Positions 1 to 9,984 of a stretch of 64,000 nt of DNA are shown here, piece by piece. Location of the stretch: NCBI GenBank assembly GCA_044229845.1, contig JBGASG010000001.1, forward strand, positions 256,001 to 320,000, read 5' to 3'. This stretch comes from Candidatus Obscuribacteraceae bacterium. Its GTDB lineage: Bacteria; Cyanobacteriota; Vampirovibrionia; Obscuribacterales; Obscuribacteraceae. The translations under genes were made by a program, and so were the position numbers. The notes beneath the pieces were generated by a model that saw nothing but the letters and a program-made list of their open reading frames with translations, had not been told where the DNA came from and made no database searches. Numbering within the stretch: position 1 is the first letter of the stretch; each line of letters begins with the position of its first letter.

Positions 1-46
1 TGAACGCTGTGCCCGTTCAGAATCGTGCCTAATTCTTCCGGCATGA

Positions 47-358
47 CTAAATGTTGTCCGGCATCAGATCTTTGGAGCGCACCAGCAAGAAGTCGATCAA
101 CGGACGTACCGACTGAGGAATGCTCGGGTCGTCGTACGTCACCGAGTGAATGCGGTGATCTTCGGTGACTATGTCGATGGCGTAGTAGTGCACATCGCGC
201 GCGCCCGCAATCTTGGCGCTCTGCAGTTGAAGAATGCCGCTCTGTTTGACGAGCATTTCCAGCTCGCCGGCTTCGGGACCGGGGTCTGTAGCAGTGTCGA
301 TGCTGCAACCAACGGCTGACGGTGCGAATCCACCGGTTCTGCGAAATGTCACTTTCAT
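47..358 (-). CDS. Emfourin-like (protealysin/M4 protease inhibitor) protein
   Basis: 103 aa; N-terminal MKVTFRRTGGFA, central GARDVHYYAIDI and C-terminal H.VTYDD..IP..VRPLIDFL match the emfourin pattern as I recall it. Confidence 0.75.
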   Translation of the reverse strand: MKVTFRRTGGFAPSAVGCSIDTATDPGPEAGELEMLVKQSGILQLQSAKIAGARDVHYYAIDIVTEDHRIHSVTYDDPSIPQSVRPLIDFLLVRSKDLMPDNI

Positions 359-539
359 CTTCTTTGCCCCACGCCAAACTAACTGCTTTGAAAGGGCAAC
401 TTTAGCACAGGCTAATACTAGATTTAAAGCGGCTCTTGATAGCCGTGATTCCTATTAAGTAATTCGGTAAAAACCGGCGATTTCGCGCCTCTCTTCATAC
501 AATGCCCATTGCTAAAGACCGACCTGGGAGGTGCGTCCT

Positions 540-1307
540 TTGAAAATAGCCGTATGCATCAAGGCTGTACCGGACACCGAAGCTAAGATCAAAATCGCCG
601 ACAGTAAGACCAACGTCGATTTTGCCGGTGTGCGTTTCATTACCAGCCCGTATGATGAGTTTGCCATCGAAGAAGCGCTCAAACTCAAGGAAAAGCACGG
701 TGGCGAAACCGTGGTTGTTTCCGTGGGTGGCAATGAGGCGACTGAAGTCTTGCGCGATGCGCTTGCTCGCGGCATCGACAGTGCTATTCACATCAAGGAC
801 GAAACCGGCTTGACTCTGGACCCCCTGAGCGTCTCCAAAGTCCTGGCGGCTGCCCTCAGCGACGGTTACGACGTAATCATGTGCGGACAGCAAGGCGTGG
901 GCGGCGACAACAGCCTGGTTCCCCCGATGTTGGCTGAGCTTCTCAACATGGCGCAAGTCACTTTGCTGATGAAACTGGAAGTGGAAGGCAACAAATTCAA
1001 AGCCGAGCGCGAAATCGAAGGTGCTCACGAGACCGTCGAAGGCACGCTGCCCGCAGTCTTCAGCGCTCAGAAAGGTCTCAATGAGCCTCGCTATCCGTCG
1101 ATCAAAGGCGTGATGGCAGCTCGCAAGAAAGAAATTGCCGTCAAAGACGTAGCAGCACTCGGTGTATCCGGAACGGAGCCCAAGATGCGCGTCAAAGAAA
1201 TGGCGCTGCCGGTGGAGCGTCCAGCTGGACGTTTGCTCGAGGGTGATGTTGATGCGCAAATCAAAACCCTTATTCAGTTGTTGCGCAGCGAAGCCCAAGT
1301 CATCTAA
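540..1307 (+). CDS. etfB: Electron transfer flavoprotein beta subunit
   Basis: MKIAVCIKAVPD, PYDEFAIEEAL, LNEPRYPSIKGVM motifs; TTG start at 540 after GGAGG RBS (ORF track starts at 531). Confidence 0.95.
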   Translation: MKIAVCIKAVPDTEAKIKIADSKTNVDFAGVRFITSPYDEFAIEEALKLKEKHGGETVVVSVGGNEATEVLRDALARGIDSAIHIKDETGLTLDPLSVSKVLAAALSDGYDVIMCGQQGVGGDNSLVPPMLAELLNMAQVTLLMKLEVEGNKFKAEREIEGAHETVEGTLPAVFSAQKGLNEPRYPSIKGVMAARKKEIAVKDVAALGVSGTEPKMRVKEMALPVERPAGRLLEGDVDAQIKTLIQLLRSEAQVI

Positions 1308-1321
1308 GGAGAGCCGCCACC

Positions 1322-2308
1322 ATGGGAAATGGCATTGTCGTATTCGTAGAACAGCGCAACGGACATCTGCGTAAATCCAGTCTGGAAGCGCTTTCGGAAG
1401 CCCGGCGCCAGGCGCCTAAAGGTCAGAGCGAAGTGGTTGCAGTCCTGATCGGACACAACGTCAAAACTCTCACCCAACAGATCAACAAGTGCAAACCGGA
1501 CACCATTCTGGTTGCCGACAACGCAGACTTTGACGCTTACAGCACCGAAGGCTACGCCAACGTGCTGGCAGAAGCAGTGAAGAAACACAGTCCGCGTGCC
1601 GTATTCGCCTCGCACACAGCGATGGCCAAAGACCTGATCCCCCGCGTTGCCGCCCGCGTCGATGCGCCCTGCGCCTCCGACGTAGTCGAAATCAAAATTG
1701 CCGATGGCAGCGTCAGCGCCGTGCGTCCGATGTACTCAGGCAAGGTGCGTGCCACGGTCGAATCGACTGCGCCGACCACCTTCTTCACCTTGCGTCCGAA
1801 CGTGTTCGCGATTACCGAATCGGAAAACGGCACGCAAGCCGCTATCGAAGACCTCGCCACACCGGCGGGCACGGTACGCGGCAAGGTCACCGACGTTCAC
1901 GCTGCCGCCGGCGGCAAGATTGAACTTTCGGAAGCCTCGGTGATCGTCTCCGGTGGACGGGGTATCAAGGGACCGGAAAACTGGCCCGTGTTGCAGAACC
2001 TCTGCGACGTGCTGGGAGCCGCCCTGGGAGCCTCGCGCGCCGTCGTCGACGCCGGCTGGATCGACCACCAGCATCAAGTCGGACAGACCGGTAAAACGGT
2101 CAGCCCGCAGCTCTACATCGCCTGTGGTATTTCCGGAGCCATCCAGCACCTGGCTGGCATGAACTCCTCGAAAGTGATCGTCGCCATCAACAACAACCCT
2201 GATGCGCCGATCTTCAAGCATGCCACCTACGGCATCGTTGGCGATGTTCTGGAAGTAGTGCCGAAGCTCACCGACGAGCTGAAGCGCACGCTCGCCTCCA
2301 ACAACTAG
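1322..2308 (+). CDS. etfA: Electron transfer flavoprotein alpha subunit
   Basis: [55 protein letters not shown]; follows etfB. Confidence 0.97.
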   Translation: MGNGIVVFVEQRNGHLRKSSLEALSEARRQAPKGQSEVVAVLIGHNVKTLTQQINKCKPDTILVADNADFDAYSTEGYANVLAEAVKKHSPRAVFASHTAMAKDLIPRVAARVDAPCASDVVEIKIADGSVSAVRPMYSGKVRATVESTAPTTFFTLRPNVFAITESENGTQAAIEDLATPAGTVRGKVTDVHAAAGGKIELSEASVIVSGGRGIKGPENWPVLQNLCDVLGAALGASRAVVDAGWIDHQHQVGQTGKTVSPQLYIACGISGAIQHLAGMNSSKVIVAINNNPDAPIFKHATYGIVGDVLEVVPKLTDELKRTLASNN

Positions 2309-2328
2309 CCAATACAAGTTTGGGTCCG

Positions 2329-2380
2329 GGCACCAGAGATGGTGCCAGTGCCGCCGTCACCACCTGTGGTTACGGCGGCA
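2329..2380. terminator. Two adjacent stem-loops between convergent genes (likely terminator/RNA stabiliser)
   Basis: GGCACCA-gaga-TGGTGCC (2329-2346) and TGCCGCCGT...ACGGCGGCA (2349-2380). Confidence 0.5.
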
Positions 2381-2394
2381 TTATGTTCAGACCA

Positions 2395-4068
2395 TTATTT
2401 GCCTGACCGGTACATCTCGGTGGCGATTTTCTGGAATTGGGCGATGGTCACCTGGAAGCTGCCGTCAGCCTTACCGTCTTTGGCTGTGCCGTCCGGATTG
2501 GTCGGTTCCGGCACCCAGCTGCCGCTGGGTTTATTCGGGTTGGTGAGGGTAACCATGCCGGTTTTGGAATCATAAGAAACCGAGTAAGCGTGCCGTCCCT
2601 GAATGCCGCTGCCGTGCTCTTGACCGTAGTCGGTGGCGATGCTGACGATGCGTCCTTCCTTGGCTGCTTCAGTCAGTTTGGCTTTGATCTGGTCCTCAGT
2701 CATAGAGGGCGGAGTGCTCGCTTCGGCCGGTTTGCCGGTGAGCAGCTCGATGGTCGGCTTGGACAATCCGCCCTGTTTCAACTCATGTTGAACTAAAGTC
2801 GGAGGTGTGTCGGGCGAGTGTGCCATGTACTTGGCTCGCTCTTCCGGCTTCAGGTTGGCGATATATTGGGCAAATGCTTTCTCGATAATCCCGGCATTGC
2901 CCTTAGCGAACTCTACCTGTTCACCTTCTGTAGGCTTATCGATGGTGACCGGGTGAGTTGGGTCGCCTGGGAAGGTGACGGTTACTTTGCCGTTGCCCTC
3001 GTCTTTGATCATGTTTTGAAGAGCATTGGGATCTTGCTTGTGAAGAGCTTCCAGCGGCCCGAGCAAGAAACAGTCGCCGTCGTCGCCCTGATTGACGGCA
3101 TAGTCAGAACGCGAACGATCGGTGTGCGTGTTGATGCTCTCTTGCATCTGATTGATCAAGGGTGCCTGCCCGCCGGCATATTTTTCCAGGTCAAGCTTGC
3201 TCACATAGTCAGGAACCTTGCCGTTCTCATCGGGCTGGGGCTTTTGAGTGTATCCGGGATAGACACCGCCACCTCCCGCATCCATCGCTGGCACTTCGTC
3301 ATCTGTGGTGGCTCCTACGTCTTTAAACTTCTCCTTCAGTTTCTCAAGACTGGACCGCTGCTCCGGTGTCCAGTCATCACGCTTTAGTGCGGTTTCAAGC
3401 TCGTCTTTGGTGATGCAATTGTCTTCGTTGCCGTCCAATTTCTTCATCAAGTCTTTGCCGGCGAGACTGGAGATGCCGAGCTTTTCTTTGACCTCCGGGC
3501 TGTCTTGCTTGCCGGCTGCTTCTTCAATTGCTTTCAGGCTGTCGCGTGTGATGCCGCCCGGCTTCTCGCTGTCTTTTGTGCCTCCGAACTGATCGCGCAT
3601 GTCCCCGACCAGACCGTTTGCCGACGCCAAGAAAATGGCACCATTACCGGTGGCTAGTTTGGGGTCGAGTAATGCCTGGTCCATTTCCTTCTGCGTGATG
3701 GTGCCGTCTCCGTCCTTATCGACCTTGTCGAAGTTGTCCTTGAACCAACTCGTCATCTGCGAAACGGAGGGGCGGTCGCCGGCGGCATTCTTGGCGGCAG
3801 CAACATTTTTCGGAGCGGCGTCGCCGATGGCTGTTTGAGTCAACTTCGGAGAACCGAAATCGATAAATCCGGAACTGTTGTCCACGTTGAACTTGGGAAA
3901 GCCCAGGGAAGACTGTTGGTCCAGCGGAAGCGAACCGGGATTAGACGGCGGCGGTGGTGCCACCATGTGATCGCTTGCCTCAAACGACGCCGCACCATCT
4001 TCCGGGGGAAGATCGCGCTCAACGTCGTCGTTAGCAGCCCGAGGGCTTCTATCGTCGACTTCTGCCAT
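2395..4068 (-). CDS. EF-hand protein with C-terminal calpain-like (papain-fold, C2-like) cysteine protease domain
   Basis: EF loops DKDGDGTITQKE and DGNEDNCITKDE; catalytic-like motifs QGDDGDCFLL, IIEKAFAQY, GRHAYSV, LTNP; start taken at MAEVDD (ORF track extends to 4167). Confidence 0.75.
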   Translation of the reverse strand: MAEVDDRSPRAANDDVERDLPPEDGAASFEASDHMVAPPPPSNPGSLPLDQQSSLGFPKFNVDNSSGFIDFGSPKLTQTAIGDAAPKNVAAAKNAAGDRPSVSQMTSWFKDNFDKVDKDGDGTITQKEMDQALLDPKLATGNGAIFLASANGLVGDMRDQFGGTKDSEKPGGITRDSLKAIEEAAGKQDSPEVKEKLGISSLAGKDLMKKLDGNEDNCITKDELETALKRDDWTPEQRSSLEKLKEKFKDVGATTDDEVPAMDAGGGGVYPGYTQKPQPDENGKVPDYVSKLDLEKYAGGQAPLINQMQESINTHTDRSRSDYAVNQGDDGDCFLLGPLEALHKQDPNALQNMIKDEGNGKVTVTFPGDPTHPVTIDKPTEGEQVEFAKGNAGIIEKAFAQYIANLKPEERAKYMAHSPDTPPTLVQHELKQGGLSKPTIELLTGKPAEASTPPSMTEDQIKAKLTEAAKEGRIVSIATDYGQEHGSGIQGRHAYSVSYDSKTGMVTLTNPNKPSGSWVPEPTNPDGTAKDGKADGSFQVTIAQFQKIATEMYRSGK

Positions 4069-4245
4069 TAGTAAGAAGGTGGATCGAAGGGGGATGCTGG
4101 TACTTGCGATAGACCAGGCTGCCACGATACGAAAAATTTGTGACCGAATTGTGGAACGGCGTACCATTCATATTAAATCGATGATTGGAATCGCCTGAGA
4201 GCGAAGGTGCCATCAATTCCAATTCCTGGGAGGACGACGACTGAG

Positions 4246-5481
4246 CTACTTGCTCAATGCTACGCTGCGATCGAATTTCCTGGCGACGTATTCATTTAGA
4301 AGCGCAATGAAATCACTGACCAGGGTCGGCCCTTGTAGGGTCGTTACGTGTTCCCCATCTATGTAGACGGGAGCGCGCGGTTCTTCACCGGTACCCGGCA
4401 GCGAAATGCCGATATCGGCATGCTTAGATTCGCCTGGACCGTTGACGATGCAGCCCATGACGGCGACTTTCATGTCCTCGACGCCGGGATATTGCTCTGC
4501 CCAGACTGGTCGTTGTACTTGCAGGTAATCTTGAATCTGCTGTGCCAACTCTTGGAACAGCGTGCTGGTCGTACGACCGCAACCGGGGCAGGCTGTCACT
4601 TGCGGAGCGAATGAACGCAACCCCAGCGACTGTAATATTTGCTGGCAGACGATCACTTCCTGGGTGCGGCTTGAACCTGGTTCCGGCGTCAGGCTGACCC
4701 GAATCGTGTCGCCGACGCCTTCGGCGAGCAGTATGGACAGGGCGGCGCTGGAACTGACGATGCCTTTTGTTCCCATGCCTGCCTCGGTGAGACCGAGGTG
4801 CAGTGCGTAATCGCAGCGAGACGCCAGGCGCCGATAGACTTCCAGAAGATCAGGGACTTCCGAAACTTTGGCGCTGAGAATGATCTTGTCGTGTGCCATG
4901 CCGAGCGATTCGGCAGCTTGAGCCGATTCTATGCCGCTGGTCACAATCGCTTCGATCAACACTTCGTGCGCATCTTTCGGCTCGGACAACCTGGCGTTGT
5001 CGTCCATCATGCGTGCCAGCAGGTCTTGATCGAGAGACCCCCAGTTGACGCCGATGCGCACCGGCTTGTCGTACTTCAACGCCACGTCGATCATTTGCTT
5101 GAAGTTTTCGTCGTGCTTGTGCGCGCGTCCGACGTTGCCCGGGTTGATGCGATACTTCGCGAGCAAGCGGGCGCAGTCGGGAAACTCCGTCAGCAGCAAG
5201 TGTCCGTTGTAATGGAAGTCACCAACTAATGGAACGTGGCAGTCGAGTTTTTCCAGCTGCGATACTATATGTGGTACCGCTGCCGCCGCCTCTCTAGTAT
5301 TGACCGTGATGCGGACAATTTCCGAGCCGGCATCAAAAAGTTCTTTGACTTGTTTGGCGGTTGCCGGTGCGTCTTCGGTGGCCGTGTTGGTCATCGATTG
5401 GACGAGCACCGGTGCGTCGCCACCGATCAGCTTATCGCCGACCCATACACAAGTTGCTTTCCTGCGAATTCTTGACTGCAT
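4246..5481 (-). CDS. ispG: (E)-4-hydroxy-3-methylbut-2-enyl-diphosphate synthase
   Basis: [57 protein letters not shown]. Confidence 0.97.
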   Translation of the reverse strand: MQSRIRRKATCVWVGDKLIGGDAPVLVQSMTNTATEDAPATAKQVKELFDAGSEIVRITVNTREAAAAVPHIVSQLEKLDCHVPLVGDFHYNGHLLLTEFPDCARLLAKYRINPGNVGRAHKHDENFKQMIDVALKYDKPVRIGVNWGSLDQDLLARMMDDNARLSEPKDAHEVLIEAIVTSGIESAQAAESLGMAHDKIILSAKVSEVPDLLEVYRRLASRCDYALHLGLTEAGMGTKGIVSSSAALSILLAEGVGDTIRVSLTPEPGSSRTQEVIVCQQILQSLGLRSFAPQVTACPGCGRTTSTLFQELAQQIQDYLQVQRPVWAEQYPGVEDMKVAVMGCIVNGPGESKHADIGISLPGTGEEPRAPVYIDGEHVTTLQGPTLVSDFIALLNEYVARKFDRSVALSK

Positions 5482-5582
5482 TTAATGCGGCTCCTGCGCC
5501 GAACACGCCATCTGAAAGATAGCACACCTGGGCGCGCAAAGCCCCACCGGCGCTTATTCTTTGCCGCATTTTTACCGGAGGC

Positions 5583-6074
5583 TTACTCAGGAGAGGCTTT
5601 GTTCCACAACTGTGGATAGTTTTCCTTGATGCTGTAAATAGCATCATTTGGTCCGATGATGATGTGATCGAGCACGCTAATGCCGATCATCTCTCCCGCT
5701 TTGATCAGCATCTCGGTCGTGCTCAGATCGTCGCGACTGGGCTCCAGCTCCGACCCGGAGGGGTGGTTGTGGCATACCAGGATGGCAAAACTGTTTGCCA
5801 GAACAGCTGCCTTAAAGACCTCTCGCGGGTGAACCAGCGAACTGGCGATGGTACCTTTCGATACTTCGTGCAGTCCGATCACTTCGTGTCGGCAATTCAG
5901 ATGCAGCGCGACGAATTGTTCTTCCGAAGCGTATCGTAATGGCGCCAGTAGCTGTGCGGCGTCGGCCGGGGTGGAAATGTGCTGCAACCGCGACATTTTG
6001 CGGTCACTGACCAGGCAAAGCCGCATCTGTGGCACTTTGTATTTAAGTTGCATGGAAATAGAGGCGCGTCCCAT
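5583..6074 (-). CDS. Short RadC-like JAB/MPN domain protein (UPF0758)
   Basis: EEQFVALHLN, VHPREVFKAA, HNHPSG...PSRDD, VLDHIIIG; no N-terminal HhH region. Confidence 0.85.
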   Translation of the reverse strand: MGRASISMQLKYKVPQMRLCLVSDRKMSRLQHISTPADAAQLLAPLRYASEEQFVALHLNCRHEVIGLHEVSKGTIASSLVHPREVFKAAVLANSFAILVCHNHPSGSELEPSRDDLSTTEMLIKAGEMIGISVLDHIIIGPNDAIYSIKENYPQLWNKASPE

Positions 6075-6167
6075 CGGTGTACCTCAACAAGTTGCTATCT
6101 ATTTCTTTAACGCTAAAACCATGCCAAGGGTTCAATGCGCAGGCGATCTTTTTGTATAAAGCAGGGC

Positions 6168-6590
6168 ATGCAATTTCCATCTTATTTTGAAGCCGCTCGC
6201 GAGATGATCGCGCAAAGCACTTTTGAGGTCATGCCGGGCGTTTATGTCTATACGAAGTTGAAGTCATATCCGCCCAACGCCGGCGAACATTTTATGGTGA
6301 CGCGCGACACGGATGAAATCACGGTTGTGACGACAAGCGAAAAACTTCCGTTATTAGCTGATGATGATTTTCTCGAACGCAATCAGGACGACTATTTGTT
6401 GATCTCGCTCAACGTTTCCGTGCCTTTTTATTCCGTTGGATTTTTGGCGACAGTAGGTGATGCCTTCGCGCGCGCCGGATTGAACATACTTTTCGTGTCG
6501 ACCTATTCAAAAGACTACATGATGGTGCGGGCGGACCTGAGAGAGCGTGCAAGGGAGATTTTGCTGCAACTCGGGTTTCAGGAAACATAA
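6168..6590 (+). CDS. ACT-domain protein (ACT_7/DUF2241-like)
   Basis: DEITVVT...SVGFLATVGDAFARAGLNILFVSTYSKDYMMV. Confidence 0.75.
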   Translation: MQFPSYFEAAREMIAQSTFEVMPGVYVYTKLKSYPPNAGEHFMVTRDTDEITVVTTSEKLPLLADDDFLERNQDDYLLISLNVSVPFYSVGFLATVGDAFARAGLNILFVSTYSKDYMMVRADLRERAREILLQLGFQET

Positions 6591-6638
6591 AAGAGAGGCG
6601 ATGCTTGCGCACCGCCCCTCCGTTTCTTCCAGAGATCT

Positions 6639-8084
6639 TTAGACCTCTTGATGTTTCCAGGTTCCTCGTCTGTACTGCCAGACCATAATCGAGCCGACCA
6701 GGAAAGAACTGAAGGCGATGGCGAACCATGTGCCGATCGGTCCTTGCTTCAAGTACACCGTCAGCAAATATGCCAGCGGCAATCTGAAAACGACCAGCGA
6801 GAAGATGGTGGCAATCGAGGGCCACTTGGTGTAGCCGGCACCTTGCATGGCGCCCATAAGAATGAGCCAGATTGCCACGAAGGGCTCGGAAAGACCGACC
6901 ACTTGCAGATAGTCGCGCGAGTACTGAATTACGCGAGGATCAGTGCTCATCAGGTGAGCTATCAGATCCGCTCCAAAGAAGAGCGATAATCCGACCAGTG
7001 TGTTCAGTCCTGCACCAATCATGGTGACTTGCCAGCCGGCTTTTTCAGCGCGTGCCGGTTGCTTGGCGCCGAGGTTTTGTCCGACGATGGTGGCGACTGC
7101 CATGCTCAGTGCATAAACAGGCATGCCTCCGAACATCTCTTCTACTCTCAGTCCTACCGCCCAGGCTGCCTGGCAGGCAGTGGGATAGGCAGTAAGAGCA
7201 AAGATCAAGAAGAGAACGAAGTTGCCGCCCACCCACGACAGATCTTGCAAGCAAGCCGGTATGCCGATCTTCATCAGACGCACAAACCACTCGCATGACA
7301 TGCCGTGTTTGATCATCTCTTTTACATCCAGGCATTTGCCGATTTCCGACTTCGCCAGGATGTAGAACGATACTGCAACGCCGAGAACGGCAGCCAGTCC
7401 CCACGACATGCCGATACCGGCAATACCGATGTGGAACGGCCAGATGCACAGTCCCAGGTCGAGCACGATCACTATCGCGATGACCATAGCCATCGTCCAC
7501 ATTGGGACGCGTGGGTCACCTTTGGCTCTGAAAATCGAGTTGGCGATCCAGAGAATGGTGAACGGCACGTGCGCGGCCATGTCGTACTTCAGGTATTCCC
7601 AGCCCTGGTCCTGTACAGCCTGTGAGGCACCCAGGAACGCCAGCGTGGGACGAGCCAGGATCAATCCGACCAGTGCAGAGCTGACACCGAAGATGACTGA
7701 AAACATCAGGGACTGACGTGCAGCGATGATCGTGTTTTCCAAGTCGCGGGCGCCCCAGAAACGGCTCACCAGCGCGTTTGTGCCGGATGACAGAGCTACT
7801 GCCAGCAGCACGAAGAAAAACCAGACCTGCCCGCCCAAACCAATCGCGGCCTGTACGTCAGAACCCAATTGTCCGGCCACCCAGATGTCGGCAAAGCTGC
7901 CTACCGAGATCGTGATCATGTTTACGAACAAGGGCCAGGACATGTGCCAAATGGCGGCCCATGTCGATCCCTTGGTGATCACCTCGTCGGCGAATCCGGC
8001 ATCGTGCGCTTTGATGTCGTCGAGCGCTACCTGACTGTTGTGTGTTGTTTTGATGTCCTGCTCGGACGTGAAATTAGTGCTCAT
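6639..8084 (-). CDS. MATE family efflux transporter
   Basis: ~12 hydrophobic segments; FRAKGDPRVPM, LMKIGIP, VGQNLGAK, GAMQGAG motifs. Confidence 0.92.
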   Translation of the reverse strand: MSTNFTSEQDIKTTHNSQVALDDIKAHDAGFADEVITKGSTWAAIWHMSWPLFVNMITISVGSFADIWVAGQLGSDVQAAIGLGGQVWFFFVLLAVALSSGTNALVSRFWGARDLENTIIAARQSLMFSVIFGVSSALVGLILARPTLAFLGASQAVQDQGWEYLKYDMAAHVPFTILWIANSIFRAKGDPRVPMWTMAMVIAIVIVLDLGLCIWPFHIGIAGIGMSWGLAAVLGVAVSFYILAKSEIGKCLDVKEMIKHGMSCEWFVRLMKIGIPACLQDLSWVGGNFVLFLIFALTAYPTACQAAWAVGLRVEEMFGGMPVYALSMAVATIVGQNLGAKQPARAEKAGWQVTMIGAGLNTLVGLSLFFGADLIAHLMSTDPRVIQYSRDYLQVVGLSEPFVAIWLILMGAMQGAGYTKWPSIATIFSLVVFRLPLAYLLTVYLKQGPIGTWFAIAFSSFLVGSIMVWQYRRGTWKHQEV

Positions 8085-8308
8085 GATTCCAAACCAAAAA
8101 AGAAGCTCTAAAGACGTTTGTCCCGAATACGGGGGACAAAAAATCGCCTGGCAGTAAACTCTGGCGCCGTTTTGGCGCCTTTGTACAGACATCGCGGGGG
8201 CGGCGTCTCTGCTTTCTGGCGATTACGTCAAGGCTTCATAGTTCTAGGATAGTGATTTTTACGGAGAAGGCAAGGGGGGTATCATTAATTGGTTACGTTT
8301 TTGAAGAA

Positions 8309-9496
8309 ATGAAGTCAGAACAGCAAGACGCGAAACGCGCCACAGCCGAGCAATATTGGATTTGCTTGCAGCGCTATTTGCAATTCGACGATCCCGAAAG
8401 CAAGTGGGAGAGGCAGTTGCAACTGGCCATCAAGCATGCGACGAACAAGCGCATCAAGATGAAACAGGCTGAGCGCTTGCCTCTAGCCGATCAGCAGGTC
8501 TACTTTACAGAAACATTTGGCGCCGTCACGGAAAGCCGCCGGCAGGTCAGCACCGTATTTAATACCATCCTCGGATTGCAGGACATCGATACTTTTGCTC
8601 CGCTGGCGTTCGATGCCTGGCTTACTTCTTACGACCGGCCTCTCGAGCTGGTGGAAGCGACCGCTGAAAGTTTCTTCGCCTCACAGATCAAAGAGATTGC
8701 CGCGAGCCGTTCGCTGACGGCATCTCAAACTGCCTGGCTGATGCATTGCGCACAAGCGGCGCCAGACTGGACGGTGCTGCTGGAAGAAGGACCCTGGTCC
8801 GACGATAACATTCGCCAGGTCATTGTCGATTTCATGTTGGCGGCGGACCTGACGTCAGTAAAAAGCGGCAGCGATATTTTGAGTGCCAGTGAAAAGTTCA
8901 AATCGAGTCTGTTGGATGTGCGCGGCAATTTAGAGTTGCCCGCACAGTTTTTTCCCAGACTGATTTTGCTGGTGGAAGGCGCAACGGAAACTATCTTGAT
9001 GCCTCACTTTGCCCGCCTGCTCGGCAAAGACTTCGATCGCCTGGCTGTGCTGATTGTAGGCGCTGGTGGTGCCAATCAGACCTCGCGCAAGTATTTGCTG
9101 TTGCGCGATGTCACCAATCTTCCGATTTATGCAGTGCTCGATGCCGATGCCACCGAACAGGTAGAGGTGATTTCGGATATGCTGCGTGAGAGTGATCGCT
9201 TGCACGTCTGGCAGGCGGGCGATATCGAGGACACTTTTGCTGTTCACGTTTTTCTGCCCCAGATCAACCGCTACGTTGCCGGGCGGGGCGGCGAGCCGCT
9301 GATAGCAAGTGAACTGCCTCCCGGCGAGCGCCGCACCGTCATGTTGGACAGAGCATTCAGGAAAAGAGGACTGGGTGACTTTGATAAGATCGGATTTGCC
9401 AGGTCGATTGTCGATCGGTTGACTGACCCGAGCGAAGTGCCGCGCGACGCGGCCGCCGTTATTGAAGACATTGCCAATCTGGCGCGCAAATCATGA
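8309..9496 (+). CDS. Protein with C-terminal OLD-family TOPRIM nuclease-like domain, no ATPase domain
   Basis: ILLVEGATE, GAGG, AVLDADA (DxD), GDIEDTF, DKIGFARSI; no Walker A in the N-terminal half; alternative start 8252. Confidence 0.7.
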   Translation: MKSEQQDAKRATAEQYWICLQRYLQFDDPESKWERQLQLAIKHATNKRIKMKQAERLPLADQQVYFTETFGAVTESRRQVSTVFNTILGLQDIDTFAPLAFDAWLTSYDRPLELVEATAESFFASQIKEIAASRSLTASQTAWLMHCAQAAPDWTVLLEEGPWSDDNIRQVIVDFMLAADLTSVKSGSDILSASEKFKSSLLDVRGNLELPAQFFPRLILLVEGATETILMPHFARLLGKDFDRLAVLIVGAGGANQTSRKYLLLRDVTNLPIYAVLDADATEQVEVISDMLRESDRLHVWQAGDIEDTFAVHVFLPQINRYVAGRGGEPLIASELPPGERRTVMLDRAFRKRGLGDFDKIGFARSIVDRLTDPSEVPRDAAAVIEDIANLARKS

Positions 9497-9930
9497 GCGA
9501 AGAAGCATCAACAATAAAGAAAGTCGAGAAGTCGCGTGCGGGAAAGATCGCCAGTATTCTCTCTTGTGTTCTCTGGGTGGGCGGCTTTGCGCTGGCATTT
9601 GTAATCCCGCCGGGGAATCCTTTTATATGGGTTCCTGATACCCTGCTTTTGGTTGGCTTCGTGCCGCTGCTTTTGCTATGGCGGTTCAGTTGGCCCTGGA
9701 TAGTGTTCGGGCTATTCAATTTTGGTATCGGATTTGTTTTGTTGTTATTAGAGTGCATTCCAGATAATGCGTTTCCGGCGCAGTTGCATGCCGGCAAGCA
9801 TCATCTGGCGCAATATCATGACTGGCGCGTCTGGGAGCTGTTGGGATTTCTAGCATTTATCTACGGCGCCGGACGCATGACCAAGAACATCGTTTTGTGG
9901 TCGATTGCCCGGTCAAAACAGAAGGACTGA
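9493..9930 (+). CDS. Small integral membrane protein
   Basis: Four hydrophobic segments; ATGA overlap with upstream stop. Confidence 0.7.
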   Translation: MSEEASTIKKVEKSRAGKIASILSCVLWVGGFALAFVIPPGNPFIWVPDTLLLVGFVPLLLLWRFSWPWIVFGLFNFGIGFVLLLLECIPDNAFPAQLHAGKHHLAQYHDWRVWELLGFLAFIYGAGRMTKNIVLWSIARSKQKD

Positions 9931-9984
9931 GCGTTTCAGAGTTTTCGTGCACGGGTAAGTACCAGTACCAGCGGGAGCATTGAC

